Below, one piece after another: positions 14,980 to 29,449 of a stretch of DNA of 64,000 nt. The notes below the pieces were generated by a model, which saw only the letters and a list, made by a program, of their open reading frames with translations, searched no databases and was not told the origin of the DNA. Source of the DNA: the human T2T-CHM13v2.0 reference genome, Homo sapiens; NCBI RefSeq assembly GCF_009914755.1, contig NC_060931.1; one strand, 5' to 3'. Position numbers and translations under genes: made by a program. Position 1 is the stretch's first letter. Every line of letters begins with the position of its first letter.

Positions 14980-16105
14980 TAAAGCCAGCCAAAAACCACA
15001 AGAGAAAAGATCAGCTACTAAAAAAGCAGTAACTCAAATTACATAACTTTTCTATTGCACAAACTAACATGCTCTCATGTAAAATGCAAAATAGTCAATA
15101 AAGTTGAAACTTGGGCACACTAATTTGAAATCACATTCCACATACCCAGGAAGTTTAACCAGGTTAAACCACTCCCAGCAAAACATAATATATGAAACAA
15201 AAATATTTAAAGCTAGTAATGAGAAAATAATGATCAGCTTAAAAGCAATGAGAAATAGAATAATTGAGACTTTTCATTGGCAAAAATGAGGCTAGAAGAC
15301 AATGAAGTAGTAATGAGAAAATAATTATCAATTTAAAATTTTATACCTAGCTAAGCTGACACTCCACGGTGAGGGCAAAGTAAATCAACTTCTACACATA
15401 CAATAACTAAAAGAATTATTCAACAAGAATATAACTGATGCCGGGGGAAGGTGTGGTTTATATGAAACAATTATGAGCATAAAAATGATAAACTATGTCA
15501 ATATAACAATTTAACTATTTTTATATAAAAATAACTAATTTTTATTTTTATAAATCAAAGCTAAACTAAAACTCTAGACTAGTGCTTCTCAAAGTATGAT
15601 CATTTGATCTGCACCTGTGCATGAATTACTTGTTATTGATCTGCAGTACTTACAGAAACTGTGTGAAACTGTTTTAGATATTTGACTGCCTCAGTGTTAC
15701 TGACTGAGGAAAAAACAAACTTTTACTACTGATAGTTTGAGATGTGTGTTTCTGGGTGGTAAAAGCAAAATGAGAGGATGGATTCAATGAGTAATTCAAT
15801 GAGTAATCTTGGAGTACTTGAAGGTAAAGAAAAAAATAGAACAAATAGGGATTTTTAGAAAGTCTAGAGGTAGATACATTTGCTAAACACTAAAAGAATA
15901 GAAACAGAAAAAGACAATAGAAGTAAGTGCAAACATATCAGTGCTTTCAGTAAAAGTAAACAAATTATTATCATCAACTAAACGACACGAATTATTACAT
16001 TGAAAAAAAAACCAAAGTCCAGACATGTACTGTTTTCAGGAGCTTCATCTAAGTTAAAACCAGTCAGAAAGGTTGAAATTAAGGTAAAGACCAATAAACC
16101 AGAAA
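14980..16105 (+). mobile_element. Ancient L1M fragment (ORF1 end to ORF2 endonuclease start), with a small DNA-transposon relic at ~15580-15750
   Basis: 'gaggctagaagacaatg…attttatacctagctaagctg' resembles the ORF1 C-terminus. 'aaacgacacgaatt…gacatgtactgttttcaggagcttcatct…gaaaggttgaaattaagg' resembles the ORF2 CCxQETHL region. Confidence 0.6.
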
Positions 16106-16423
16106 TCTACTATCATTGGAGATTTGGAAGAAATCCCATTTGGCAATATTTATTTATTTAATTTATTTTGTCGAAGGGTTCTTTTTTCAGGAGTCCTTCA
16201 TTCTCTTGTCCCAATATCTGGACAGGTTGTTGTGTATACTCAGGAGACAGTGGTTCTTTAGATATCATTTGTTCTCTTTTTGTTGAAATAGTTTTTGTTT
16301 TTTCAATCTCACCCTTGTCCTTTTTTTTTTCCTCCCTCAATTGACTCAGGTATATCACTCAGTAGTGGATCAAAGGAGTATAAAAGTAAAATAAAATGTT
16401 AAGATGTCACCTTTTTAAATACG
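15755..16423 (-). repeat. Right arm (X') of ~670-bp inverted duplication (empty Alu site)
   Basis: Reverse complement of 13661-14639. It carries the un-inserted target 'aaaaaaaaaccaaagtccagac' at ~16003-16024. Confidence 0.97.
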
Positions 16424-16472
16424 GCATACAGAGAGCATTAAATGTCACTGTGTATTAAAGATAATATAATAA

Positions 16473-16774
<302 letters not shown>

Positions 16775-17032
16775 CCCAATATTCTTACGTTCTATAATTT
16801 CTGAGGCTAGTTCTTAGCCAAATTGTGGAGAAGATGGGTATCATCATTCTTCCAGATGCCTTTTTCTGATGTACATTTTCCCCTTCAGTGGTGGCTTCCT
16901 ATCACCATAAACTTTCTATCACCATAAACTTCCAGTGGCTCTCCTTCCCCTCATGCTATGATGCTTATTATTCAGTCATTTTTTTCTGTATTCCTGTCTA
17001 TATCACTATATTCCTGCCACCAAACATGCAAG

Positions 17033-17033
<1 letters not shown>

Positions 17034-17073
<40 letters not shown>
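17034..17073. repeat. (AC)20 microsatellite
   Basis: Uninterrupted AC dinucleotide run. Confidence 0.98.
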
Positions 17074-17076
<3 letters not shown>

Positions 17077-17600
17077 TACTTGAAAAACTTATTTTTGTTC
17101 ACTTTTCCAGATCTGAAGCCCCATCCACTAGAAATCTCTGATTAACCAATTGTGGGGTGTGTTGTTTTCTCTTGAAAGTTTCCTATATTCTCACTAACAC
17201 TGCATTTATCACAGAGTGCTAGAAGTTTGTTTTCTTATCCATTCACTAGCTAGACTATGAATTTCATGAGAGCTGAGGCCTAATCTGACTCTTTCATTGT
17301 TATCCTCAACGTGCTCTTTATGGCAGCATGACAAATATATAAGCAAACATGTAAGCAAATGGCAGAAATTTTCTCAAATGCAGAGAGAAGGAGATGAAAA
17401 TGGTAATATAGTAACCTACAAGAAAATAATACTACACAGTTAAAACTTGGTGAAAGTCCTGTGAAGAAACCGATAAGAGACAAGTGGTCAGAATCTCGAG
17501 TTTAAAAACATACAAATTTCCAGATAATCATTCCAGTTAGCTCATTTAGAGCTTACTCATGTGTCTTCAGTCCTGCTGTCTTTATTCTGCACAATATTTC

Positions 17601-17954
<354 letters not shown>

Positions 17955-19499
17955 TAAAATTTTCTATAAAGTAGTATACACACAAATTTATGTGACACTG
18001 TATGGATGAACTTTCCTTTTACTTTAATAGAATCTACATTAATGTGTATTAATACTAATTATATTTGGTACGTTTAAGACCCAAGATCTGATTTATGCTA
18101 TTGCCTTATGTGCAGCAAATTTTTAAAAGTAAGTTGATTTATAAATAATTATTAAATATACAATCTAGTTGGAAAACAGATGTGACTGCATTTTCACATC
18201 ATCTGTAAACTGAGCCAATATGTCATCAATGCCATCCATATGCTCATGGAAATAATGAATAAATATTTTAGACAGGATAGAAACCATGTGCCTTTGAACA
18301 GGGCACAAAGACCAGCCACTGTAGACTTCCTTCTGAGGTAATAGGAACCCACTAATTAGGACTAGTCTGTAAGACAGCTAAAATTCATTAACAATTCTAT
18401 CATCCATAACATAGATCTTTACCTTGGTCACAAAGATATCATGAAAGTTTATATCTAGAATAGATTTCTCATTTACTAATTTAGTAACCTTACATATATT
18501 AGAAAAGCAAGTGTAATCATATTATGTTTTTATTATTTTGAACTAACTGCATACAAAATATTGCCTCATAGAAAGAGTCCTCAAAAATAAATAAGAAAAT
18601 AAAGTAATGGTTTTAATTAGCACTGTCCACTGTCTATATTTAAACATTTTTTTCTAGCTAACATGAGTGTACTTGAAAAAAAATTGTTTCCTCAAGTATT
18701 GTTCCATCTTGTTTCTATCATCATCTCCACTCCCCTTAAAGAGTTTGCTAAGCAATGATAAAATTTAGATTAGCCTCTGCCCTAAGAGGTATCCATTGCA
18801 ATAATGATTTACAGTATTAGTACCCTTGAGATATTAACGCACATTAAATATAAAGTGAATTGAGATGAGCTTTTCCCACAGGGGCACAATAAATAGTAAG
18901 ATCCAGGTGCTTAATTATTGTTGCCACTTTCTGCACTCCTAAAAATTTTCCTTTGAAGTTTTACTCTTGCTATAATCATATTAGGTCATTATGCTTCACT
19001 TTATGCTCCAAAAGCCTGTAAAGCACATTTGATGGCGAGGTCAGAATGGTTGGCTTTTTTTCTTTCCATCATAAAGTATGCTGTTTCCCCTAGATCAGCA
19101 AAACATGCATAGCAGGTGATAAGATGTACTGCAGAGAAGCCAACGGCATCATTTTAAGGAATTAGTGCATAAAGTTGGCCTATAAGTCAAAGAAATGTAT
19201 GTAATCAAAATTACTCATGGAAATCCCCTAACTCTACCATAAACCATATCCTTTAGTGTTGTTTATATGGCACTGTTCAAAAATGCTATTTCTTAATGTT
19301 TTCTTAAGGATTTGAACAAATTTCTGCTTCTTGGGTCTGGCATCAGGTAAAGTAGTTGGCTATTCAGGTCTACAGTGAATTTTTTTAAATATGCAAAAAA
19401 GATCAAAGCTTAGAATATTATCAGCTAAGTATAACTCTCGAAAAACTGAATATGCTCAAGGATCAGGTCTAATAAAGTTAATAATTTTTACAGCTTCAT

Positions 19500-19750
19500 C
19501 AAAGGCAATCCTAAGTAAAGTTGGCATTGTTTTCTTTAACTGTGAGTGCATGGCAGTGAAGAATATAATGACTGACTAGCGGTTTGGTGCCACGGCCTTC
19601 ATTCATAAAAAGGCACATGCAATTTATTCACCATTGCTTTTGCACAGTAAGTGCAAATATTCAAACTGTGAAAATGGAAAATAACATTTTAGCAATAAAA
19701 TGTTTTAGGAGACACCTCGGGAACTATAGAACATTCTTTGAGAACTATAG
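19500..19750. mobile_element. hAT-Charlie DNA transposon remnant
   Basis: 'aagttggcattgttttctttaactgtgagtgcatggcagtgaagaatataatgact…gtttggtgccac…ttcaccattgcttttgcac…tttgagaacta' resembles Charlie-family terminal sequence. Confidence 0.55.
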
Positions 19751-20255
19751 CGTTAAAACAACTTTTAAACAAGCTATAGAATATTAGTTAGCTGGAAAAA
19801 AGTGAGAAATCTTTTCCTGAAATGGCAAAGCATCATTAAATTTTGTTGTGAATGTTTACAGTGAATATTTTAATTAATATGCATATAAAATTTCACCAAT
19901 TGTGTTTTTTGTCTTTTATCTCATTTATCTGTCCTCTTTTCAATACATTGTCAACTTTGTAGCTTTGTTTCATTAATTTTTAAGCTTTTCTTCAAAACAG
20001 TTTTAAGACTACTTTAGAAAATAAATTATTACAGTGCTTAAAAAGAAAATAAATGTATGCAATAAAAGCTATCATCGATTTTTAAGTTGCTTATAATCTT
20101 TTCAGTTTTTGTCAATTTTCAAAAGTTACATAATGACAAAGAGTGATTTAATTTTTGTTTACCTCACAATACCTTATGTTTAGATTCTCGGCAACAAAAC
20201 TACAAACGTGTTATGTACCAAACGAAAATAATTCTTTCCTTAATTAGAAAAGTCT

Positions 20256-20540
20256 GGCCAGGCACGGTGGTTCATGCCTGTAATCCCAGCACTTTGGGGG
20301 GCCAAGGCAGGCAGATGACTTGAGGCCAGGAGTTCGAGACCAGCTTGGCCAACAGGGTGAAACCCCATCTCTACTAAGAATACAAAAATTAGCCAGACGT
20401 GGTGGCGTGTGCCAGTATTCCCAGCTACACAGGGGACTGAGGAACCCCACAAAGTGGACATTGCAGTGAGCTGAGATCACGCCCCTGCACTCCAGCCTGG
20501 GTGACAGAACAAGACTCTGTCTCAGAAAAAAAAAAAAAAA
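20256..20540 (+). mobile_element. AluS with small right-monomer deletion
   Basis: Full dimer from 'ggccaggcacggtgg' to the A tail; 'gactgagg|aacccc' lacks the caggagaatcgcttg segment. Confidence 0.93.
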
Positions 20541-22174
20541 GTAGGGGGATGGGGAAAAACATTCTTTGCCAATAAATGATTTCTGGGAAACATAATTTAA
20601 TCATTTAAATTAAAGACTTTTCATGCCCCTCTTGTTGATTTCCCAAAAATGTAGCTTTTTTTTCCTGACTGAATTTTCTTTGAAATAATTAAAAGAAAAA
20701 GAAAATTTACCTCTTTACTTCTCATGTTCTTGTGTTATCTTTCAGAGCTTAACCTATGGTACTGTAGTAAACGCTAAAACTTTATGAATAGCAGCTTTTT
20801 AGATGCCTAAGACATCTTTAAGATTAGAGAGCGATGTTTATGAAGTAGAATACTATTGAATTAGTTAAGCAGGTAAAAGAGAAGAACAGGTCCTGAGCAG
20901 TAATAATGCAAAACAATAGCAACAACAAAAAAAAATTAGATCAACATAAGCTCCTGATGTGTAATCACTGACAGAAAAAGCTGGCAAACCAAGCCAAGAG
21001 ATAGCAGGCCAGTCAATCCAGACTAAAAGCTTAAGCTAAAAATAACTGCCTCACTAGGTCTTTGTAGAAAAATTCTACATGCTAAGGATGTCAACTTAAA
21101 TGTGTCTGGTTTATGAATAAGAATATTTAAGAACAAAGGCTGCATACATTAAAAGAAATAAAATTAATATAAAAGACTGAGTCAAGTAAATGATCTGTGT
21201 AAGTTCAGAAACTTTTAGATTAAATAGTTGAAAAGCTGTGAAACTAGAATGACAGCTTTTATCCTTTATCATATTTAAAGCAGGGTGTCTATGCTTGACT
21301 TCTGTTCTCATGCTAGATATAAAAAATAAGAATAAAAAGAAAGAGGGAAGGAAAAATGTATACCATATATTGCTGCTTCTAAATCAATTACACATTGTAC
21401 ACAAATTGAATCACCTCTTACTTAAAAGCTAATCAGAAACATTACTATGCACAGAAATGACCTGTTTTCCACCTAAATTCTAGTTCAAACCCTTCCCTTT
21501 GGGTCTCTGAAATTTTTTTTATTCACTTCTTTTTATTACTTTTACATATCAAGAGTAAATGTGGTTAGTTTTGAATCATTTATTTTGAAGGAAAAAATTA
21601 CATGAAAACAGGTTAATAAGACTGTGAGCATTGCTATACGAAAAATTAGAAGTCTTCTTCGCCCTTTTTTGATAACTGCATTAAGTATATGAACCCAAAT
21701 ACTTTCTCTAATTATACACATCTTACAAATATGTTCATATTAATGGAAAACAAAAGGTATGCTATAGCTTTGTGGTAGAGTGGAAATAAATGCACCAATT
21801 ATACTTAAAGTATTAAATAATGTTATAATACTGGCCTTTGAAACTAAAATAAATGTCTTATTTATAAAGCATCAGGAAAACCTCTTCAGCTCCTGCTCAA
21901 ATACGTTGCACATTTGAATAATGCCAGTCTCTGTAGGACTTGATATTGGACTATGAATATTTGACCTAGAATATCATTAACAACTTATACATTTTAAAAT
22001 CACATTTTGAAATGCGTCAAAACTAAGATTGTAGTGAATTTAATTTCAAAGTCATACTATCCCTCCTTTTATGCTGTATGTGGTAATCCTTGATTTTTTT
22101 GCACTGATGCTAAATGTTAATGAACAGAGCCACCGTGTACCATTTCACCTGGAGCAATGAAAACATTAAAATCT

Positions 22175-22428
22175 CTTTAGAAGCCTGAATAAAACTTTAT
22201 TTTATAAATATAATCCATGTTAAAGCTCCACCGTTTCACTGTACTTTTGAAATAAGGGCACATGGAAAATATGGAAGCGTTTCCTTTGAGATAGCTAACT
22301 AAAGCTACAAAATGAGCACGGTACAGCATTTCCAAGGAACATGGTTCAAAAGTTGTACGATTACTACTAAGGTTGTTTTATTCTCTACCACATTTGGAAC
22401 AGGAAGTCTGTGTTGTTCTTGAAGAATT
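22175..22428 (-). other. Candidate minus-strand terminal exon
   Basis: Acceptor 'gtgtgacattgcttttcag|aattcttcaag' (exon start 22428). Possible tail xFFKNNTDFLFQMW* (stop 22385-22387), or other frames. AATAAA at 22196-22201 (minus). It lies in a ~3.5-kb repeat-poor block. Confidence 0.3.
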
Positions 22429-25365
22429 CTGAAAAGCAATGTCACACTCTGATGACCTCTTCTCCTCATTAAAACGTTCCCAAAGACAGCGCTCTGCATG
22501 ATGTTTTGTAGCTTCAGCAGCCATGAACTAATTTGTACCTCTTATTTTGATCATGCACTGGTGAAAGCACCAAACAATATTTTTCTTTAAACACAGAGAG
22601 GTCTTTCAACAGCTCAGCATGCACTTCTACCCTCTTTTTAATCTTGGAGCACCTATTTATTTGCTCTTTTCACCACTAAATCTTCTTTGCTCCTTTCTGC
22701 CCCCTGCAAAGTGGCTAGTTAAAAATCTTCAGTGTTTTTTCTTCATAGGCTTAAACCATTAAAAGGGTATTACCATAAAAGCAGAGATGAGGGCTTATAG
22801 ATATAGTATGAGGAGAATTTGCATTTCTAATTTTTAATCCAATTAAACTAAGATAATATTTATTTAGTTACTACCTTTCTATAATGTGTATGATCACAAA
22901 AACTAATACAAAAAAATTGCTTTAGAAAATTAGCTTTTAGGGTTCTCTGCAAAGACTAGTTCCTCACAGTGAATATTAGAAGACTCTTTTTAAAGCTTAT
23001 TTGTATGTATATAACTCATTTATTTTCCATACCTCTACACTTTCTTTGGTTCAATTACACCAATCCTTTCTATATGTTTCTCTATATCACCAAGAAGTAT
23101 CTTGATTATTGTACTCAGTGTATAGGAATTTGGTTTTTAAGCCATGCATTTAATTTACTCAGAAAAAACAAAGGAGAGGGACTACAGTAAAATGACATTG
23201 GTAACGAATATGACTTTTTAGGCAGTAATATTATGAACTCTATTAATGAAAACAATTCGAAGCAATTTAATAATTCAAAAGTATTGTTTTAAAATGTATA
23301 TTAATTAAAGTTACATAAAACTCAAATACGCATATCTGCTAAAATTGATTAAATTATACTAGATTTCATCAAGCCTATGGTACAGCTGTAAATAGAACAT
23401 AGTGCTAAGATTTCAGGTCTAGTTAAGGAGAAATGTACCATTACATACTAATAAATAGATTCTTTCTTCATCATGAAATATTTATTCTCACAAAATGTAT
23501 TTACTGAACACATTGGATTTCCCTTAAACAGCTTGAAGTTAATAATGTAAACATTTCACTATTAATAAATCATAGTATGTTTTCAATCTCAATAGAAAAT
23601 TGAACATTAATATTAGGTTATTTATAATGTTAACTCATTGACTTTCAAATTTTGAAAAATCAGTTGATTCTTGAATACTGTCCTAAATAAAAATGCAAGT
23701 CATATGAATAATTTCTCAATTTATTTGTAAAGCTAAACATTTGTAAGAAAAGAAATGAAATAAGAGAAAGGTGTCATTTATGATGATATTATCAGTATTT
23801 AATTTTAGTGTCATTTAAGATTTTTTCAAAGTAAAATTAATTCAATTAATGTTATCAAAATAAATTATGTGACTTTTTAAAGCACCATATCTAATTCATT
23901 GATCCCTTTCACTATTCCAAATCTCTTCTCAATGAAGTAATTTTCAATGGCAAACTGGAATGTGTAAAAACTGTTAATTTCATATAATATTCCTCCAAAT
24001 TTAATCAATATTTGCTGTTTAAAGTTGTTTCTTCTATAAATTTGTCTTTGGCTAATTTAATCCTAAAACTTTACCACATGTTCTGTTGTGTCTCTATCAT
24101 ATCTTAAACATCATTTCCTCATCATCATGGACTTCAGAGTGACCAGCAATTATCACATATTTTCTTGATGATCTTTTCCCCCAAGGTAAGAGACTCATCA
24201 TGTTGTTTTTGTCTTTTAAAATAATTTTTAAAAAGCATCTGAGATATTCAATTCTAAGTTGTATTTATGTTTCTGTGTCTTTATGTTTGACAGGTCTAGT
24301 TTGAGACTTTACAAATGCTTACCAGTGGACTTCTAAATCCTCAAGGGAAAGAAATAAACACACACAGTGCCAGCTTTCTGGGGTCACCTTACTTGCAAAA
24401 GTGTTGCTTTTCGGCATTGTTTTAATAAACTCAGAGAGACTTGGATGTGAGTATAGGCCTTGACAGTGACTCTCTCGTAAACTTGAGCAGCTATTTTATG
24501 TCTTTGAGTCTTAACTTTCCAACTATGAATTGGGTTTAAGGATTCCATTCTACAAGTTATTAAGATGATTAGAAATGATATATGTGAAGATGATTAGGGT
24601 AGATGCTAACTGGTAGTTACTCTCTATTGAGAGTTTAACTGAATTCCCCCAAACATTAAGAAATTTACACACACTGCATCAACAGTGAAATTCTACTAGA
24701 AGGGTTCAAATGTCAAGAAACTTGGGCTTTTTAGTTCACAAGTCATCTTACCTTCCTATCAATTTATAAAATTTGAACTAAATACCTAAGACATTTTTAT
24801 TGATAATCAACTTAAATGATACTTGTGAAAACCCTCTGTACAGTATAAAATAGTTTAGAAAATGAAAATATTAATAAATAAATAATTATAAATTTGAATA
24901 TGAATATGAAATGAATATGAATAAAATAAATGAAAATAATCAAGAATTCTAGATTTCCAAACCAGAAGAAATGCGGTCATTTGTTTAACCATGCACTTTA
25001 TATGTGAAAGTAAAGAGATTCACAATCTTTCCTCAGGTTATATACCTAGCCAAACACAACATTCATTTCTGCTACGTAAATCTGCCTCTCCAATGTTGAT
25101 AATGAGATATTTTCCATCATGTACAGGATCTATTAAATTAAAAATCTGACACTGCTGCAATAAACTAAGTGTAATCAAATAAGATAAGCCATTATATTTA
25201 TAATGAATTCAAAACAACAGATAACACTAAAATCAGGTGTTAGATGTACATGGTATTTTATCTTCACAGACAGTGCACTGATTTTCTGATTTTTTCATAA
25301 GCATGATATTATCTGAAAGTTAGGATCCTGTTTGGGTATACAGTTTAATGTTCCATTCTGACTTT

Positions 25366-25384
25366 TGTCCACTAGATGTCCCCA
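25366..25384 (+). promoter_or_regulatory. Candidate CTCF site
   Basis: TGTCCACTAGATGTCCCCA, one main core mismatch to the CTCF consensus. Confidence 0.4.
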
Positions 25385-26046
25385 GTACGTCACACAGAAG
25401 CTCTGATCTCATATAGGCCCTTGTTAGGGAGAATCTGCATCTTTTTGAAGTGAGGCCTGAGATAACTCGGTCAAATGATTTTTATTCCTGAGTTCATTTC
25501 ATCCCTAAAATTAACAAGCTACTAATCTACAGAGAAATGCAATCATTTAAAGATTTTTGTCTAAGAGACAGAATATAACTTTGCCAATTTAAGAAGCAAT
25601 TAAAGAACATGTATATCTTCTTTTCTGAAATGCATTTAAGAAATCAAAGACCTGAAACAAGTTAAAAATCCTTAGAGAAAAAGTTCATAGCCTTGCAAAG
25701 GAAGACTCTTAACACAACTTTTAATTGTATTGATTTCAAAGGATGAATAACATTTACACAAAATAGTTCAGAAAACTTTGGTAACAGCAGGAGCCTTGTT
25801 TAATTTGAACTCTAATAAATTAAAGAAAAAAAGTAAAGGCTTGAGCGGTCACCCAACGTGTCCCCTCCTAACTCACACAAAAACCTCTGTAACAAAGGCT
25901 ACGAGACTGAAATACAATAATAATTGCAACATGGGGATGTTCAATTAGAACTAAGCTTGCAAAATGCTGTCTTTTTTCCCCAAAAGCCCAGTGAGCCCAT
26001 ATTACAGGAGGCTTCTACCTCTGACTGAAAAATAACACTCTCTGGG

Positions 26047-26080
26047 GTTGCCGTGGCAGATTGCTGCACTAGAGGGCTAA
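26047..26080 (+). promoter_or_regulatory. Adjacent RFX X-box-like and CTCF-like motifs in a CpG-richer island (~25840-26420)
   Basis: GTTGCCGTGGCAGA (cf. GTTGCCATGGCAAC) immediately followed by TTGCTGCACTAGAGGGCTAA. Confidence 0.5.
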
Positions 26081-28574
26081 GAATCTACTCTTCTAAAGCA
26101 ATTCAATAAGGATTCCTACAAGGTGTCTCAAAATGGAAGCACTCAGGCAGCATGTTTCTGCCTCTCAGGGCAAGAGGTAAAAAGTTCAGCCTGTGAAGTA
26201 GAACAGTTTCTGCCCCAGAGCAAGAGAGAAAAAAAGTACAAGAGCGTTCTGATGAATTATCTCTTACTCAGAGCTAACACGGGCGTCCCAGGAACAATGG
26301 CCAAGTCTAACCAGAGTTGACAGCCTCCATTCACTGCCCAGCACTCCATCCCGCACAGTGTCAGAACAATGATCCATTCTCACCGCTTCTCAACCCGTCC
26401 TCAGCCTTTCAACAAACCTTCTCCGTTCAAGAGCCACTGCTTTATCATGCTTTCTTTGATTAAAGCTCACCTTTCATCACACTAGAATTTTATTGTTATT
26501 ATTTATTGAGTGTGCCAAGAATGGAGGTAATGTAAAACAAAAAGTTTAAATCATTGAACCTTGCATTTATTTAGTTTATGATCAAGGTTAGGAAAGTAAA
26601 CCAAATCTTAAGAAACAGAAAACAATTCTGTGATAAACTAAGGGATCCTGGCCAGAATTACTCTGGTAGTCCACAGAAGGAGATTATATTTGTGTCCTGG
26701 AGAAGAAAGGTTTGTAGAAGAGAGGGAGTTTGAGATAGGCCTTAAAGACTGGGAGAATTGAGAGAAAGAAGGTAGGCAAAAGGAGAGACCAGAAGATAAA
26801 TCACCAGATGATGGTATGCAGATACACAAATGAGCATAGGATAAACAGAAGATAGAAAGAAACCAGCTGAACCTTGACCAGGCACTCAGGGCACTTGGAC
26901 AGAAATGGGCATAACCCCCATGAGGCTGGATTGCAGATGTCCAAGAGACATAGATCCAAGGATAAACAAAGCAAAAGGGAGCACCATAGTGTTTTATGCT
27001 GGGGCATGATGCAATGGAAGGAATGTTCTAGAAATATCATCATAGCAGGTTAAGCATAGCAGATGAAGCAGGAGTGAAAAATTCTACCAGGAGAGGTGAA
27101 GGACTGTGAGGAAATCCATTCATTGGCTATTAAAACAATCTAAGGTTTCAGTAATAAAGGCCAAGACTGGAGGATTGACTTTTGGAATCTAGAAAGAGGC
27201 AACTCTGAGAAATAAAGCATGACATGATGGAAAATCAGATAAGTGAAAGAAATGAGTGGCTCTGGAAGAGGGTCTACTCTTTGTTTAGATTCCACAGTTT
27301 AACATTCTTCACGCAAGAATAGAGCCAATTTAATCTATGTGTTCTGTTTAGTATTCCACAGAATCAATAACATGCTTGAATAAATTTACCTTTTTTAATG
27401 ACTCCATCTCATAAGGAGGAATTTTAGGCTCCAAAGACTACCTCAGCATCCTTGAGAGAGCCTAGTAGATCCTCTCCAAATCCTGAATTTCTGCTGACAA
27501 GAACTTTTATATAATTTCAAAGTATTACATCATTAAAACTAATAACAAAACAGATATGTGTATTATAAACTAAAACAATGATGTATTGGCAGTGTCTTAC
27601 AACATATGCATGCCAATAACTACTTTAGATGTAATGCCTAAAGGAATATGAATAACACATACCCAGCCATAGAGGCTAAATGAGAAGTCAGGTTAAAACT
27701 ATCTTCAATTTTTGCCTTCCCATTTAGAACCCTCATCTGACCCTCCACACTCTGTAGTGCATTATGTGCACTGTAGCATTTCATCATTCAGCAAATGTTT
27801 ATAGGGCAACCATGATGAACTAACACATCCATGAGACATGAAATTCTATCTACTAGAGGTGACACAATGTATTTCCTCAAGGAATTTGCAATCTAGCAAT
27901 CTTTCTGGGCTGTCAACAAATTTTCCCCACCATCCAGATATCAGCCATTTATCTATAATACAATTATTTTGTATAAAGTATCAAGCCCTCTAGGAGACTT
28001 GGAAAAAATTCTCTTATAATGTCTAGAAATTTACAATCATTGTAAATTACAGAGGTTTGTAAACAGATGCATACCTATTAAAATTTAATTAATAAGGCAT
28101 GCTAAGTAAGTAAGTGCTGTAAGAGTTGTTTCAGAGGTTCACAGGAGGAATGTATCAGTAAGGCAGGATATAGCCAGTAAAAGTAAAAAATAAAAGACAA
28201 TTATGATTCCAAATTTAAATTGCGTGAGCAATTTTAAATATCTAGAACTGTGAAAAGGAGCTGGAACAATTTAAATTAATATATTCTCATGATGTTAATG
28301 TCATAAATAATAAATAATCTTTATGGGGATTTTTCTAAATTTTTAATAATTTTTTAATAACTAAGTGAAAAAAGTTTCTGTTACAATGTTGTCTTGCAAC
28401 AAACTATGGAACTACTCAAGTTATAATAGGTGTCTTTAGTCACCTTCTAAACAAGCCAACTCATTAATCTAAAAACATGCTCAGTACAACTGGACAAAGG
28501 TAAAACAGACAGAGTCCCTTGGGTATGATCATGTGTGCTTTGTTTTGTTTTTTCTTCTCAGCTTCTTTAGAAAA

Positions 28575-29120
28575 GAATGTTAATGACCACCATCCAAAGA
28601 CCACTGGAAGCACAGAGGCAGTCAAAGTTAGATGTATTATTTGCTGAAGCAGGGGCCACCATATCCCATGAGGAGCTCTGAAGTTATCTCTGCAAAAAGG
28701 TGATATTGGGAGCAGGTAACAGAAGTTGGGTTTGTTTTACATGATTTTTAGGGAGGGCTCAAAGAAGGACTTAGCTATAGACTGAATGTTATCAAAAAGT
28801 AGGGCTAATTCAACAATTGGATATCAATAGTTTTCTAAGAAGCAGAAAAAACACAGTGAGTTTAAGGCTGCAATTGATAAATAGTCGCTCATGTTAACCA
28901 GGAGGGAAAGATATTTGGTCATTTTTGTGGTTTGCACATGGTCCTTGTTCAGATATTATTATGGTCTGGTTTGGGGTTTATCTCTTTTCATCATGATCAC
29001 AGAGTGATATCACGAGATACTGGTGCCATTTAGGTTAAGCAAGAGAACACTGTGCCTTACTGTGAGTGCCAGGCTAGTAACCAGTGGGCAGCTGTCAGAG
29101 CAGCTCTTTTTCTTTCCCAA
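28575..29120. mobile_element. Old ERV-type LTR remnant (family uncertain)
   Basis: ~540-bp block with LTR-like composition, from 'tgttaatgaccacc…' to '…ctttttctttccca'. Confidence 0.35.
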
Positions 29121-29449
29121 GTACAATTTTCTATGATGAAAAGATTACCTATACAGCTAGAAGAATGTACATCTTCAGAGGCCCAAGGGGTTCTCCATTT
29201 TCTTCACAACTCCCAAACAATTAGATTTACTATGAACTCCTCTGGTCTCTATGACATACGCTAGCCATAAACTCGTAGAGGATGAAACAAAATATAACGA
29301 TCATTCATATTTGAAGTGATGGATTACTAAGAATACTGATAAGACTCGAGGTAGTGGACACATTTTAGGGAATCTATCTTTATTTTTCAGAATGTACTCC
29401 CACATACAGCTGGGTCCTACCAGCTACAATTGTACTGTATGACTCCCAC

